From the sequence record MW679410.1: DNA of 64,000 nucleotides, one strand, 5' to 3'. The stretch is from Escherichia phage C6. Under the pieces are notes generated by a model. That model had not been told where the DNA came from and searched no databases. It worked only from the letters and a program-made list of their open reading frames with translations. The translations under genes and the position numbers were made by a program. This document shows positions 26,820 through 35,843 of this stretch, one piece after another; position 1 is the stretch's first letter, and the number at the start of each line of letters is the position of its first letter.

Positions 26820-27119
26820 TTAGAAAGAACCAGAACCTTTAATTGTGTTCTGACGACCTTTATTTTCTAATTCAGAGTGGTCGATTTCATATGCTTGTGC
26901 TACGCCAAAGGCCTTTTTAACTTTAGCTAAAGAACCTTTAGATGTAACAATATTAAAAGTATTACCTTTGGTAAAATCAACCAAATCCACTTGTACACCC
27001 TGTTTACCGAGGCTTGCTACAATAGCATCAACATATTCTTGGTCTAAATTGCCTTGAACTCCAATTTGAAATGCTTTAGGAGCTTTGGCTTCTGTAATAA
27101 ATTCTTGATAAGTTTTCAT
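26820..27119 (-). CDS. Internal-protein-like protein with capsid-targeting sequence
   Basis: 99 aa; N-terminus MKTYQEFITEA matches the T4 internal-protein CTS. Confidence 0.65.
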   Translation of the reverse strand: MKTYQEFITEAKAPKAFQIGVQGNLDQEYVDAIVASLGKQGVQVDLVDFTKGNTFNIVTSKGSLAKVKKAFGVAQAYEIDHSELENKGRQNTIKGSGSF

Positions 27120-27144
27120 TGTTATTCCTTAAGTTGATAGAAGT

Positions 27145-27174
27145 ATTCTATCACGGATTTAATTAAGCGTAAAT
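27145..27174 (-). promoter_or_regulatory. Candidate early promoter
   Basis: Minus strand ATTTAC, 18-nt spacer, TAGAAT. Confidence 0.35.
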
Positions 27175-27579
27175 AGCCTTGCCATAATGTTTGTACCAGG
27201 TAGGACGCTGTGCAATTTTTTCGTCCAAACGGGCCTGAGATATAGCAATAGAAGCTTCGTGTGGAGTATAGTCACCACGGAATTCCTGAGGAATATCACT
27301 AATGTCCTGGACCGTAGTATCCTTGATATTAAAACCACGTTTTAAACATTCCGCTATAAGCTCGATTTGACGTTTACGTAAAAATTCAAGCTTATCATAA
27401 AAGAAAGTAACATGGCCGGTACCAAGGATAAAAGTAGAGCTAATTTTAAAATCACGAACACGTTTACCATTAGCAACATGCTTACGAACTGCACCGAAAA
27501 CACGTGGTAATTCGCGATATTCAGCCATTAAGTGTTGGTCGGCCAATTCAGATACTAAGGTAAGGTTAATACGAGTCAT
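27163..27579 (-). CDS. denV: Endonuclease V (pyrimidine-dimer DNA glycosylase) DenV
   Basis: Start trimmed to MTRINL (138 aa); near-identical to recalled T4 DenV. Confidence 0.95.
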   Translation of the reverse strand: MTRINLTLVSELADQHLMAEYRELPRVFGAVRKHVANGKRVRDFKISSTFILGTGHVTFFYDKLEFLRKRQIELIAECLKRGFNIKDTTVQDISDIPQEFRGDYTPHEASIAISQARLDEKIAQRPTWYKHYGKAIYA

Positions 27580-27639
27580 TTTAGTGTTCTCCATGTTTGT
27601 GTGAGAACACTATATCACAGCTATTGTAAAAGTAAACTG

Positions 27640-27942
27640 TTATTTACCTTTAATTGCTTTAGCTGCTTCGGTAGCCGCTTGCTGAAGGTCATCCATAGAC
27701 ATACCAAACTTAGAAGCAAAGTTATCAATTTTCTTTTCGACAGAATTCAAAGGCTTGGCCTGTTTACCTTCATTAGCGCCCGGGAGAGCGAGAATACGCT
27801 CTTTCTCAATATAAAGGCTTACAAGTTTCTTACGGTCTTTATCTGGCAAATCATGAAATGAATGGGCCTTTTTATTTACGGCGGCTTCTAATTTACCTGC
27901 AGTTACGCGGGCTTCAGTGATAAATTCTTGATAGGTTTTCAT
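27640..27942 (-). CDS. ipII: Internal protein II
   Basis: 100 aa; CTS MKTYQEFITEA; position between denV and ipIII as in T4. Confidence 0.8.
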   Translation of the reverse strand: MKTYQEFITEARVTAGKLEAAVNKKAHSFHDLPDKDRKKLVSLYIEKERILALPGANEGKQAKPLNSVEKKIDNFASKFGMSMDDLQQAATEAAKAIKGK

Positions 27943-27983
27943 ATGTTTCCTTTAAAGGTAAATAGGTCTAAGTATTCGCTTTA

Positions 27984-28580
27984 TTAATTACCACGGGCCG
28001 CATTAGCAACGGCGTAAGCGTACTGGATATTAGCGTCTTTAAACGTACCTTTAGAGGTATCTAGTTCTGCCTTAAAGCCAGCTTTAGTCATAACATCAGC
28101 GAATTCTTTACGGAAAGCCATTGTATCAAGACCTTTCCATGTTGATTTGTGCTTGGCAAATTCAAGACCAGCGAAGTTGACAGCCTTAGCCAATTTATTA
28201 TCAATAGCCCATTTACCTGCTTTAGGTACAAATACCGGGCCTTTCTGTTTAGAGAACAGTTTTAAATTCCAGCGACGAAGGTCACCGTCGGCTTTAATAA
28301 AAGCTGCGTCCAAGTTACTAGCAACAACATCTTGGATATGGCCAAATTTAAGTCCATCAGCTTCAATATTTAGGTCGTTACGCCAGCGAAGTCCTTCCCA
28401 GGCGAAAGCTTTAAAGTCGGAAGCCTTTGTAGCTAAATACCGTTCAATAGGAGCTGTTTTAGCGTCAAAACCGTTTCCTGGGTTGTCAACGCCGTTTCCT
28501 CGGTAAGTCCACTCATCTTTATTAATGCCTTGGACCTTTCCTACAGAAGCTTCGGCGATAAATTCTTTATACGTTTTCAT
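27984..28580 (-). CDS. ipIII: Internal protein III
   Basis: 198 aa; CTS MKTYKEFIAEA; matches recalled T4 IPIII length and sequence blocks. Confidence 0.8.
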   Translation of the reverse strand: MKTYKEFIAEASVGKVQGINKDEWTYRGNGVDNPGNGFDAKTAPIERYLATKASDFKAFAWEGLRWRNDLNIEADGLKFGHIQDVVASNLDAAFIKADGDLRRWNLKLFSKQKGPVFVPKAGKWAIDNKLAKAVNFAGLEFAKHKSTWKGLDTMAFRKEFADVMTKAGFKAELDTSKGTFKDANIQYAYAVANAARGN

Positions 28581-28633
28581 ACGGGTTCCTTAAAGGTAAA
28601 TATTTTAATTGGTATGTTCAAGTAACTGTAGAT

Positions 28634-28662
28634 ATACTATCACAATTCTAGGAGATGTAAAC
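28634..28662 (-). promoter_or_regulatory. T4 early-type promoter upstream of ipIII
   Basis: Minus strand GTTTAC, 17-nt spacer, TAGTAT. Confidence 0.5.
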
Positions 28663-29061
28663 TTATTTGTAGGTTTTCATCCAATTCTTGAACAAAGCCG
28701 CGACGTCTTTCTCTTTAACGTTCAGTTTAACGTCCAACATTTTACCACCCGCTGCTCTCGTTTGGCGAATCTTAGCAGTACCGGTTTCACCATTCCACTC
28801 AACATAATACTGTCCAGTGTTCATTGCAATACCGTCACCGTAGTCTTCATTTTTAGAAGTGGTGAAGGCCAGCTTCATAGTCTTAGAGACGCGAGCCTGC
28901 ATGCCTGTCTGCAGAGCGTTACGAACTCGAATAACCTGAGGAGTGGCCTGGGTCAGGTTCTCATTCAGTTCTTCAGTGAACTCTTCAGATTCAAACATAT
29001 CCAAAAGTTCTTTAGATGCAGGAATTACATTCTCTGCGATAAATTCATTATAAGTTTTCAT
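28663..29061 (-). CDS. Additional CTS-bearing internal-protein-like protein
   Basis: 132 aa; N-terminus [11 protein letters not shown]; C-terminus ends ...NWMKTYK, a vestigial CTS start. Confidence 0.6.
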   Translation of the reverse strand: MKTYNEFIAENVIPASKELLDMFESEEFTEELNENLTQATPQVIRVRNALQTGMQARVSKTMKLAFTTSKNEDYGDGIAMNTGQYYVEWNGETGTAKIRQTRAAGGKMLDVKLNVKEKDVAALFKNWMKTYK

Positions 29062-29542
29062 ATGCTTTCCAAGTACCTGTTTTAAATGTAGAAATCACGC
29101 GCTTAGCACGATTAGGAGTTTGTCTATACCAACGAGATTGGGCCAGGTTAACTGCCGCATCGTCCCAACGTTTCTGTTGGAGCATACGTAAAGAGTTAGT
29201 GAACCCGGCTACACCTGCTTCACCCATCTGGAAGACCATGTTAATTAAAGCACAACGACGAACTTCGTCCAGCACATCATAAACAGGTTTCAATTTAGGA
29301 TTACGCAGAATAGCTCTACGAGCATTTTCAACCGATCGGTTAAAGAGTTGCTCAGCTTCAGCCATAGTAATACGGCCATTACAAACCCGGCCCATAAGCT
29401 TATCAAGTTCAGCGCGAGCAACATCTTTAGATGGGTTCTTGGTAACCAACTGACCAATCCCAATAGTCCAATAACCTTCGGTGTCTTTATAAAGATTTAA
29501 ATCAAGACCTTCGTCTTGACGTAACATATCAAAAATATCCAT
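29048..29542 (-). CDS. e: Lysozyme (endolysin) gene e
   Basis: 164 aa, same as T4 lysozyme; extensive identity to recalled T4L (IFEMLR.DEGL.L.IYKDTEGY.TIGIG...[32 protein letters not shown]). Confidence 0.97.
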   Translation of the reverse strand: MDIFDMLRQDEGLDLNLYKDTEGYWTIGIGQLVTKNPSKDVARAELDKLMGRVCNGRITMAEAEQLFNRSVENARRAILRNPKLKPVYDVLDEVRRCALINMVFQMGEAGVAGFTNSLRMLQQKRWDDAAVNLAQSRWYRQTPNRAKRVISTFKTGTWKAYENL

Positions 29543-29572
29543 AATACCTCCTGAGTATAGGAGGTATTTATA
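29543..29572 (-). promoter_or_regulatory. Gene e hairpin sequestering the SD, with embedded late promoter TATAAATA
   Basis: 10-bp inverted repeat AATACCTCCT/AGGAGGTATT includes the SD; minus-strand TATAAATA overlaps the 5' arm; known T4 gene e arrangement. Confidence 0.7.
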
Positions 29573-30022
29573 TCAAAAGAGCGAATCTAAAACCTTAAAC
29601 ATCGACGGGCCCATGACATATTCCCATTGTGGACGTTTAATCAAAGCGAATGCATCGAATTCAGGAATCGTGCGACCGTCAGGGAATGTATGGTAAGCTG
29701 TACATTTGCAATCCTTGAACTGCTCGTGTTCCACAGGCACAGTATATAAGAACAGGTGTAGATTCTTATTGCTTGAATATTTGAACTCACCTAGGTCTTT
29801 CAGGAACGCAGGGTCGTATGCTGTGAATCCAATCTCTTCTTCGGTTTCACGCATCGCCGCTTGAATAGGCTCTTCGCCTGGTTCTACATGACCTTTAGGG
29901 ATGTCCCATTTATGACGCATATTCTCTGGATTACGAGAGCCTGTTACACGGCCCATGACCAGTTCTTTATCAACGGTCATGAATAAAATACCTGCCGATA
30001 ATTCTTTCGCTTTCTTACTCAT
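29573..30022 (-). CDS. nudE: Nudix hydrolase NudE
   Basis: Start trimmed to MSKKAKE; Nudix box GHVEPGEEPIQAAMRETEEEIGF. Confidence 0.85.
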   Translation of the reverse strand: MSKKAKELSAGILFMTVDKELVMGRVTGSRNPENMRHKWDIPKGHVEPGEEPIQAAMRETEEEIGFTAYDPAFLKDLGEFKYSSNKNLHLFLYTVPVEHEQFKDCKCTAYHTFPDGRTIPEFDAFALIKRPQWEYVMGPSMFKVLDSLF

Positions 30023-30260
30023 CGTCTCGTTCCCATGATTGTTTAAAAATATCTCGTATAATAATTTCAACACACGTTTCTGTTGACGGACTTTCACTAT
30101 CAGATATTTGGACCATATAATCAGAAATAGGTCGGAACATATCCAAGTCGCTTTCTAAATCTTCTTTGATTTTCTCTTCTGATGTTCCGGTGTCATAGGA
30201 ATACAGATAAGAATCACATGACTCGGATTTAATATAAATTGCAATACTCATTTGCGGCAT
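30015..30260 (-). CDS. Hypothetical acidic protein (doubtful start)
   Basis: 81 aa; overlaps nudE start region. Confidence 0.3.
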   Translation of the reverse strand: MPQMSIAIYIKSESCDSYLYSYDTGTSEEKIKEDLESDLDMFRPISDYMVQISDSESPSTETCVEIIIRDIFKQSWERDDE

Positions 30261-30835
30261 TCCTCAATAAAGGAGTTCAATGTATTTTTCTTGGTGTTAT
30301 CATCATATACCTTTTTAACTTTAGAAATACGAAAAGGTACTTCGATAACCGAGGTCCATAAAAATGATGCAATAAGACCCGAGATAGCTGCAGACATCGC
30401 TGAAGCAAATACACAAATAGGCAGGTCATTATCTGTTGTCAGGAAAAACCAAAGGAGTGGAAAAAATAATATTCCCATCCAAACATAGAACCTAGAACTC
30501 ACTAATTTGTCATATTCGTCACTCCATGCACGAAAGCCGTATTTTTTGCTATAACAAATCAATGGGTCAGGTGTCTGTTCTTTGAGCGGTTCTGGTTGCC
30601 AACCGTTTACAATATAGCCCATTTTATATTCCTCAATTAAAAGCCGTTTCATTTCAGCAGTACAACCTGACCAATCTATCGTACTAGCTGGAATTCCTTC
30701 ATCACCATCATCAATATTTCGCCAGGACTTTTTAATAATCATATGCTCACCACTTGGGATAATAATTCCGGCATTTTCCGACCGACGGATGAAGTTTGTA
30801 TCAATGCCCATACACCCGGGTTCATAAAGGGCCAT
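30248..30835 (-). CDS. Membrane protein
   Basis: 195 aa; hydrophobic helices in C-terminal half. Confidence 0.5.
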   Translation of the reverse strand: MALYEPGCMGIDTNFIRRSENAGIIIPSGEHMIIKKSWRNIDDGDEGIPASTIDWSGCTAEMKRLLIEEYKMGYIVNGWQPEPLKEQTPDPLICYSKKYGFRAWSDEYDKLVSSRFYVWMGILFFPLLWFFLTTDNDLPICVFASAMSAAISGLIASFLWTSVIEVPFRISKVKKVYDDNTKKNTLNSFIEECRK

Positions 30836-31524
30836 TACCAGCCCTCCATAGGGAATTCCAGATATACTTGAGCATTAACACGGATTTCATTAGTAATCTT
30901 TTTAACACGGTCGGTATTACGAGACACACGACCAAACCAGCGCCAACCGTTACTTACTGCACGAGAACCCGTATGCCATGTCTGCCAATCAAACTGGAGC
31001 AACGTGCGGTCAGGAGCATCCCACTTGGTTAATTCATTAGACTCAATTTTTTCCAGAACTTCTTTATGCCACTGACGATAGATAAGTTCGCCTTCAGGAA
31101 TCTGGCTAAATTGCGCAGTTCCGGTTGCAAAATGGGTAGGACACACATCAGCGTTAACAAGACCAAGAATATGTTCAGAATGGTAACGAGGATTATCATA
31201 ATCAGGCTGCCCTGCGGTAATAAAGTGTTGACCGACCGGAATATCCGGGCGTGGTACATCATCATGGTGGAAGCCTGGAATTGCAGGGTACCAGCCGGGC
31301 ATTAACATGTGTACACGGGAATCAAATACAATATCAGGGCCACATTGCCAATCTTCAGGCAGGTTTTCAATAAAGCTACGAGTAATAGGACCGCCGTGTT
31401 TATGAGCAAAATAAGCATCGCAATTAAAGAACATAGGCTCATTTTTAATCATATCATTACTGATATCTTGAGCAAAATTACCTACTATAGAAGCTTTAGA
31501 ATTAAAAGTTTTTGGGCCATTCAT
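30835..31524 (-). CDS. Hypothetical protein
   Basis: 229 aa; His/Asp-rich motifs; no confident family assignment. Confidence 0.5.
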   Translation of the reverse strand: MNGPKTFNSKASIVGNFAQDISNDMIKNEPMFFNCDAYFAHKHGGPITRSFIENLPEDWQCGPDIVFDSRVHMLMPGWYPAIPGFHHDDVPRPDIPVGQHFITAGQPDYDNPRYHSEHILGLVNADVCPTHFATGTAQFSQIPEGELIYRQWHKEVLEKIESNELTKWDAPDRTLLQFDWQTWHTGSRAVSNGWRWFGRVSRNTDRVKKITNEIRVNAQVYLEFPMEGW

Positions 31525-31538
31525 AATATTTTCCTCAC

Positions 31539-31751
31539 TTACTTTTTGTTGAAAAAGTACATTTTACCTTTAGGGGATAAGGATACACGAAGTGCGTTAC
31601 CAATACCAACTGAACATTTAACCAGGTCAGCAGATTTCAATTCACCAAATGCTTGACGAAGGTCACCGTCACGAGTGTTAACCATCAGGCATTTAGCACC
31701 AGCTGCACGAACTTCGTTTAACATGTTGATTGCTTGGTTAGAAAGTTTCAT
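31539..31751 (-). CDS. Hypothetical protein (start trimmed to MKLSNQ)
   Basis: Track start lies upstream of the promoter; internal ATG with SD GGAGAA. Confidence 0.45.
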   Translation of the reverse strand: MKLSNQAINMLNEVRAAGAKCLMVNTRDGDLRQAFGELKSADLVKCSVGIGNALRVSLSPKGKMYFFNKK

Positions 31752-31788
31752 TTTATTCTCCGTTTCACTCTGTTGTTTTGATAGGTCT

Positions 31789-31817
31789 ATAGTATCATGC
31801 CTATAGACCTTGTAAAC
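31789..31817 (-). promoter_or_regulatory. T4 early-type promoter with 10-bp dyad
   Basis: Minus strand GTTTAC, 17-nt spacer, TACTAT; AGGTCTATAG...CTATAGACCT dyad; 45-bp block identical to the one near 40790. Confidence 0.6.
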
Positions 31818-31829
31818 AATTTTATGCAA

Positions 31830-32789
31830 TTATTTTTCGAAAGGACGAATTAAATGATGATTATCTTGGAAACGCTTGATGTAGTCGTTTTCACCTAAAG
31901 TCTTGTACATATTAACCACAGCTTGGTAGTTTTCCCAGGCATACTCGCGGAACCAACCTGAAGTGATTGAGGTACACACTTTCTCAAGGGCCATATAGAA
32001 ACTTAATGATGGTGAAATATTGAAGTCATTAGGAACCTGTGAACGTTCTAGTGCCAGGACACAAGTTTCTTCATACACACCAGCCAATTTAATAGCTTCA
32101 GGCAAAGCCTCGAACTTCTCACGAGAAGTCATGACTTCAGAACCTTCCTTCATATAAAAGGTATATGCAGGGCGTCCGGCCAATGCCACAGCTTCATGGA
32201 TAGAGTCATGGTCTAGGGTATAAATGGTGTCATTAAAGAACGATGATTTGTTTACATCTAATTTAGGATGAGAATAGCTCAACGTTTCTTTTTGACGTTG
32301 CAGCATAATTTCCTGGAGTTCTTCATTCAGGGTGATACCTTTATTACGAAGGTATTTGATGTGGGACATAGTTTTCAGGAAGAACGGATTATTCTTCAGG
32401 AAACGATGAGAGGTTTTGATAGCCAGACAGATATCAGGCGTAGCCCAATAGAAACCTGTAAGACGGTCCTTTTTAATATGATTTTCAGCATATTTCAGGA
32501 GACGATAACTTGAGGTGAAATCTTCGTCTTGGAGCTCACCAGTGATTTCACGTACGTTAGTCAGAGCACGAACGATATATGCTTCAAAATAGGTTTCTTT
32601 ACCGTTGTACATGCATTTAAAAGCCTGGACATCAGGGTTATCCACAGGAACATGGGCGCCGAACATCCGAGCTTTAAAGTGATTCCATGAGCCTTGGTCG
32701 GCAATGAAATCCCAATCAGAATTTTCGATATACTTATTTTCAATCAGACCAGCGTGGTGCAGTGCACGAGAACCAATAACTAGCATCAT
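31830..32789 (-). CDS. Hypothetical protein
   Basis: Start trimmed to MMLVIGS with SD GAGGAAA; 319 aa. Confidence 0.55.
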   Translation of the reverse strand: MMLVIGSRALHHAGLIENKYIENSDWDFIADQGSWNHFKARMFGAHVPVDNPDVQAFKCMYNGKETYFEAYIVRALTNVREITGELQDEDFTSSYRLLKYAENHIKKDRLTGFYWATPDICLAIKTSHRFLKNNPFFLKTMSHIKYLRNKGITLNEELQEIMLQRQKETLSYSHPKLDVNKSSFFNDTIYTLDHDSIHEAVALAGRPAYTFYMKEGSEVMTSREKFEALPEAIKLAGVYEETCVLALERSQVPNDFNISPSLSFYMALEKVCTSITSGWFREYAWENYQAVVNMYKTLGENDYIKRFQDNHHLIRPFEK

Positions 32790-32808
32790 AATATTTTCCT
32801 CAGTAAAC

Positions 32809-33048
32809 TTAAATTTCGGCAACGTAAGTGTTATGCAATTCCCACATATCATTGGAATTACTCTCAACGATAGGAATTATCTCATTAGAAATTTCTTCTG
32901 CATAAGGGTCATTGATACAGTGAGCATCTTCAAAACGAACACCGTAATCAGACTTCTTATAAGCAAAGCCATAAATCTTTTTAAACTTGGCACGAGTAAT
33001 GCGTACTGGTTCATTAGACTTATCGGACATCGGAGCGTAATACCACAT
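32809..33048 (-). CDS. Hypothetical protein
   Basis: 79 aa. Confidence 0.45.
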   Translation of the reverse strand: MWYYAPMSDKSNEPVRITRAKFKKIYGFAYKKSDYGVRFEDAHCINDPYAEEISNEIIPIVESNSNDMWELHNTYVAEI

Positions 33049-33091
33049 ATGTTCTCCTCATGTTTGTGTAGGGTAATAGTAACACGTATTT

Positions 33092-33421
33092 TTAGAGTTG
33101 TACATCACTTCTGCAATATTCTAAAAATAATTTATCGTTGTCTACCGTATCCCAACGACGCCAAGATGGATTCCAGACCAAAGCGTTGTCACCACAATCA
33201 TTGAGCTTAAAATGGTCGTAGTACATAGCTATACGTCTAGTTTCGTCACCAGAGAACCCCAGTATAGGCTCGCCATGGGTGTGATACATATGATGGTGCA
33301 TTGAGAGGTCGCATTTGTAAAACATCTCACGTTTACCACGAACGAACAAGAAAGCTTGCCCATTCATATAGAATTCTTTATCTGTTTTCAAAAGATATTT
33401 GAATACTGAATCTTTATGCAT
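33092..33421 (-). CDS. Hypothetical His-rich protein (start trimmed)
   Basis: Track ORF 33092..33442; internal Met MHKDS chosen. Confidence 0.4.
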   Translation of the reverse strand: MHKDSVFKYLLKTDKEFYMNGQAFLFVRGKREMFYKCDLSMHHHMYHTHGEPILGFSGDETRRIAMYYDHFKLNDCGDNALVWNPSWRRWDTVDNDKLFLEYCRSDVQL

Positions 33422-33451
33422 AAATCCTCCTACCACATCCATGTGGTTAAA

Positions 33452-33679
33452 TTATTTTCCTAACGAAACACGAGTAGGTTTTTTACCAAAATAGTCTTCA
33501 TAAGAACCATCTAAACGGCCTGCTTTAGACCGACAATACGAATCATACTTTTTGTAATAAGTCATCTCGGTATTATAACGTGGGTGTCTATCGGCCATAA
33601 TAATACTTAGTGGCCAACCTTTGGCATAATCGCGAAGACTGTTTATTTTACGAATGTATCGTTTTTTCAATTTTAGCAT
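33452..33679 (-). CDS. Hypothetical basic protein
   Basis: 75 aa. Confidence 0.4.
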   Translation of the reverse strand: MLKLKKRYIRKINSLRDYAKGWPLSIIMADRHPRYNTEMTYYKKYDSYCRSKAGRLDGSYEDYFGKKPTRVSLGK

Positions 33680-33897
33680 GAGCTTGGGTACCAGATTTCA
33701 CCATCGGCACGAGCAACGAAGGTACGACCAGCTTCTTCACCATAACAAGAGCTGTTCAGCCAATCTTCGAGACGAACTTCGCCGTCATAATCGTCGAGCT
33801 CAACACCAAAATCCTGAGCAGAAGCCATATCTTTTACTTTCTTATACAGTGCAGCCAGTTCAAGTGCCGCTTTTTCTAATTCATTAATAGTAGTCAT
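33673..33897 (-). CDS. C-terminal W-x-S-S-C-tail family, member A
   Basis: Start trimmed to MTTINELEK (SD AAGGTGA); ends GEIWYPSSC-stop. Confidence 0.5.
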   Translation of the reverse strand: MTTINELEKAALELAALYKKVKDMASAQDFGVELDDYDGEVRLEDWLNSSCYGEEAGRTFVARADGEIWYPSSC

Positions 33898-33907
33898 TTT
33901 TATCACC

Positions 33908-34117
33908 TTAGCAAGACATAGAGGATGTAAACCAGAAACCTTCACCTTCTGGAATACCGTAATCATCACGGACCCATTCGTAATCATCATATTCCGGACT
34001 AGAAGCTGGAATATATTCTTCGCCACCAGCGTGGAAGTGCTGACCTGTTTCGTCAGCCACGGACTGGCCTTTACGTACTAATTCGCGGATTTGTTTTTCA
34101 ATTTCATCAATAGTCAT
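33908..34117 (-). CDS. C-terminal W-x-S-S-C-tail family, member B
   Basis: Start trimmed to MTIDEIEK (SD AAGGAAA); ends GFWFTSSMSC-stop. Confidence 0.5.
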   Translation of the reverse strand: MTIDEIEKQIRELVRKGQSVADETGQHFHAGGEEYIPASSPEYDDYEWVRDDYGIPEGEGFWFTSSMSC

Positions 34118-34127
34118 TTTTATTTCC

Positions 34128-34325
34128 TTAGCATTCGTAAGAGGAGGACACCCAAGAGGTACCACTAATAGTAATACAACCGTTATAAAGCGTGATATGT
34201 CGTTCTAGGTCACGAACACCATCGATATAGATATCAGCTTCTTCGCGTTCTTCTTTACAAATCTGGATAACGTTTTCAATAGCTGCCGCGGCAGTACGGA
34301 TTGCACAATCTAGTTCACGAGACAT
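34128..34325 (-). CDS. C-terminal W-x-S-S-C-tail family, member C
   Basis: 65 aa; SD AAGGAA; ends TSWVSSSYEC-stop. Confidence 0.5.
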   Translation of the reverse strand: MSRELDCAIRTAAAAIENVIQICKEEREEADIYIDGVRDLERHITLYNGCITISGTSWVSSSYEC

Positions 34326-34334
34326 AATAATTCC

Positions 34335-34616
34335 TTAACATTCAGAAGAAGAGGATACCCATCCACCATTTTCTAGGCTGGTAGTGTAATCATGTTGGTT
34401 TACAATAGCGTACTGAGCTTCACCGTATTCTTCCCAGTGGGCAAGGTCGGCTTTCAGGGCGCCAGGAGAATAATAGTCACCGCCCATACCGCGAGCAGGG
34501 TATATATTAAAATGAGTCTCATATTTGTTAGCAATTTCCTCAGCACGACGAATAGCTTTATGGATATCATTTACTGCTTCAGCCAGTTCTTTATTTTTAC
34601 GGTAATCATTCATCAT
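34335..34616 (-). CDS. C-terminal W-x-S-S-C-tail family, member D
   Basis: 93 aa; SD AAGGAAA; ends GGWVSSSSEC-stop. Confidence 0.55.
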   Translation of the reverse strand: MMNDYRKNKELAEAVNDIHKAIRRAEEIANKYETHFNIYPARGMGGDYYSPGALKADLAHWEEYGEAQYAIVNQHDYTTSLENGGWVSSSSEC

Positions 34617-34625
34617 AGCGTTTCC

Positions 34626-34916
34626 TTAGCACATTGCTGAAGAGGAGACCCAAGCACCAACTGTAACGACGCCGTTTTCAACTTCACCGCCGTTGTTTTC
34701 AATTTCATCTTTAAACCACTGGGAGCATTCATAACCGACAGGATAATATGTACGGCCTGAACCATAATCACCGGTACCGAATTGGATACCATACTTATCG
34801 GCAATAGCTTCACATTCATGTTCGATGGTATTCACTTTACGCAACAGGTCATAGATGGCTTTTTCTGCAGATTTTTCGTCGTTGTGTTCTGGGATTTCAA
34901 TTTCAATTTTATTCAT
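34626..34916 (-). CDS. C-terminal W-x-S-S-C-tail family, member E
   Basis: 96 aa; SD AGGAA; ends GAWVSSSAMC-stop. Confidence 0.55.
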   Translation of the reverse strand: MNKIEIEIPEHNDEKSAEKAIYDLLRKVNTIEHECEAIADKYGIQFGTGDYGSGRTYYPVGYECSQWFKDEIENNGGEVENGVVTVGAWVSSSAMC

Positions 34917-35266
34917 GATTTACATTCCTTAATAAAGATTTCAAGGTCATTACGTTTAGTTTGATTTACATACTCATTATAATTAGCCATCTCTAAAGCA
35001 TATCTCTTACGGATGGGAGCATTCAAAGCGTTTGTATGGCAAATATCATACACAACAGGGATAAAATAAGCCACGACAGCAGGAGCGATTATCATATAGA
35101 AACCCATCTCAATAGGCATGACTCCTTCGATTGCCGCCATAACCGTGGTCATTACCAGACCAACCAGACCTCCTAGCATACCGGTGACAATTCCCATAAA
35201 TAAGGAAATAGCAATATCATATTCAGCCAATTGATAAACATGTGATGAAAGACTAGGCCGTTCCAT
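34913..35266 (-). CDS. Small membrane protein (start trimmed to MERPS)
   Basis: 117 aa; two hydrophobic helices; stop overlaps ATG of family member E. Confidence 0.45.
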   Translation of the reverse strand: MERPSLSSHVYQLAEYDIAISLFMGIVTGMLGGLVGLVMTTVMAAIEGVMPIEMGFYMIIAPAVVAYFIPVVYDICHTNALNAPIRKRYALEMANYNEYVNQTKRNDLEIFIKECKS

Positions 35267-35795
35267 TTTGAACCTCTTTAGCGTATTCGCGACATTCAGC
35301 AATAAAACGATTAAGCTTCCGTTGTTGTTTTCGAATCTCTGATGTATACTCATTAGCCAAAATAATAAGCTCATCTTTATCGTAATTTTTAATATCCGAA
35401 TAACTCGGGCGGCGGTCGACCATACCAAAGTGGTCACCATTTTCTAACATCAAATAGCATACTAAATGGTAATCATCGTCAGCATCAACAAGCTGTTTAC
35501 AATCACTTGGTTCATTTAAAGCGTATACTGAATAGCATAATCCAGAGAATTCCACTCGTTGAATACCCAGATTTAAGTCAATAATTTCTAAAGCTTCTGC
35601 AAAAGAAAGGTCCTCAGCTAAAGCAAAGATAAAAGGTAATTTGCTAGTGTATCCACGGCTATTTGTTCGACTTAAGAAATCATTGGAATAACCTAAGTCT
35701 TGGCGAATTCTATAAAGAACTGAATTAGTTTCATGTGAAAGACCACTATGCTTAAACCAATCAATATTTGATATCAGGTCATCATATAAACTCAT
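35253..35795 (-). CDS. Hypothetical protein
   Basis: 180 aa ATG ORF. Confidence 0.55.
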   Translation of the reverse strand: MSLYDDLISNIDWFKHSGLSHETNSVLYRIRQDLGYSNDFLSRTNSRGYTSKLPFIFALAEDLSFAEALEIIDLNLGIQRVEFSGLCYSVYALNEPSDCKQLVDADDDYHLVCYLMLENGDHFGMVDRRPSYSDIKNYDKDELIILANEYTSEIRKQQRKLNRFIAECREYAKEVQNGTA

Positions 35796-35843
35796 AATAT
35801 TCTCCTCTCCTCCAAATAGGGAGACCGAAGTCTCCCGGTAACA

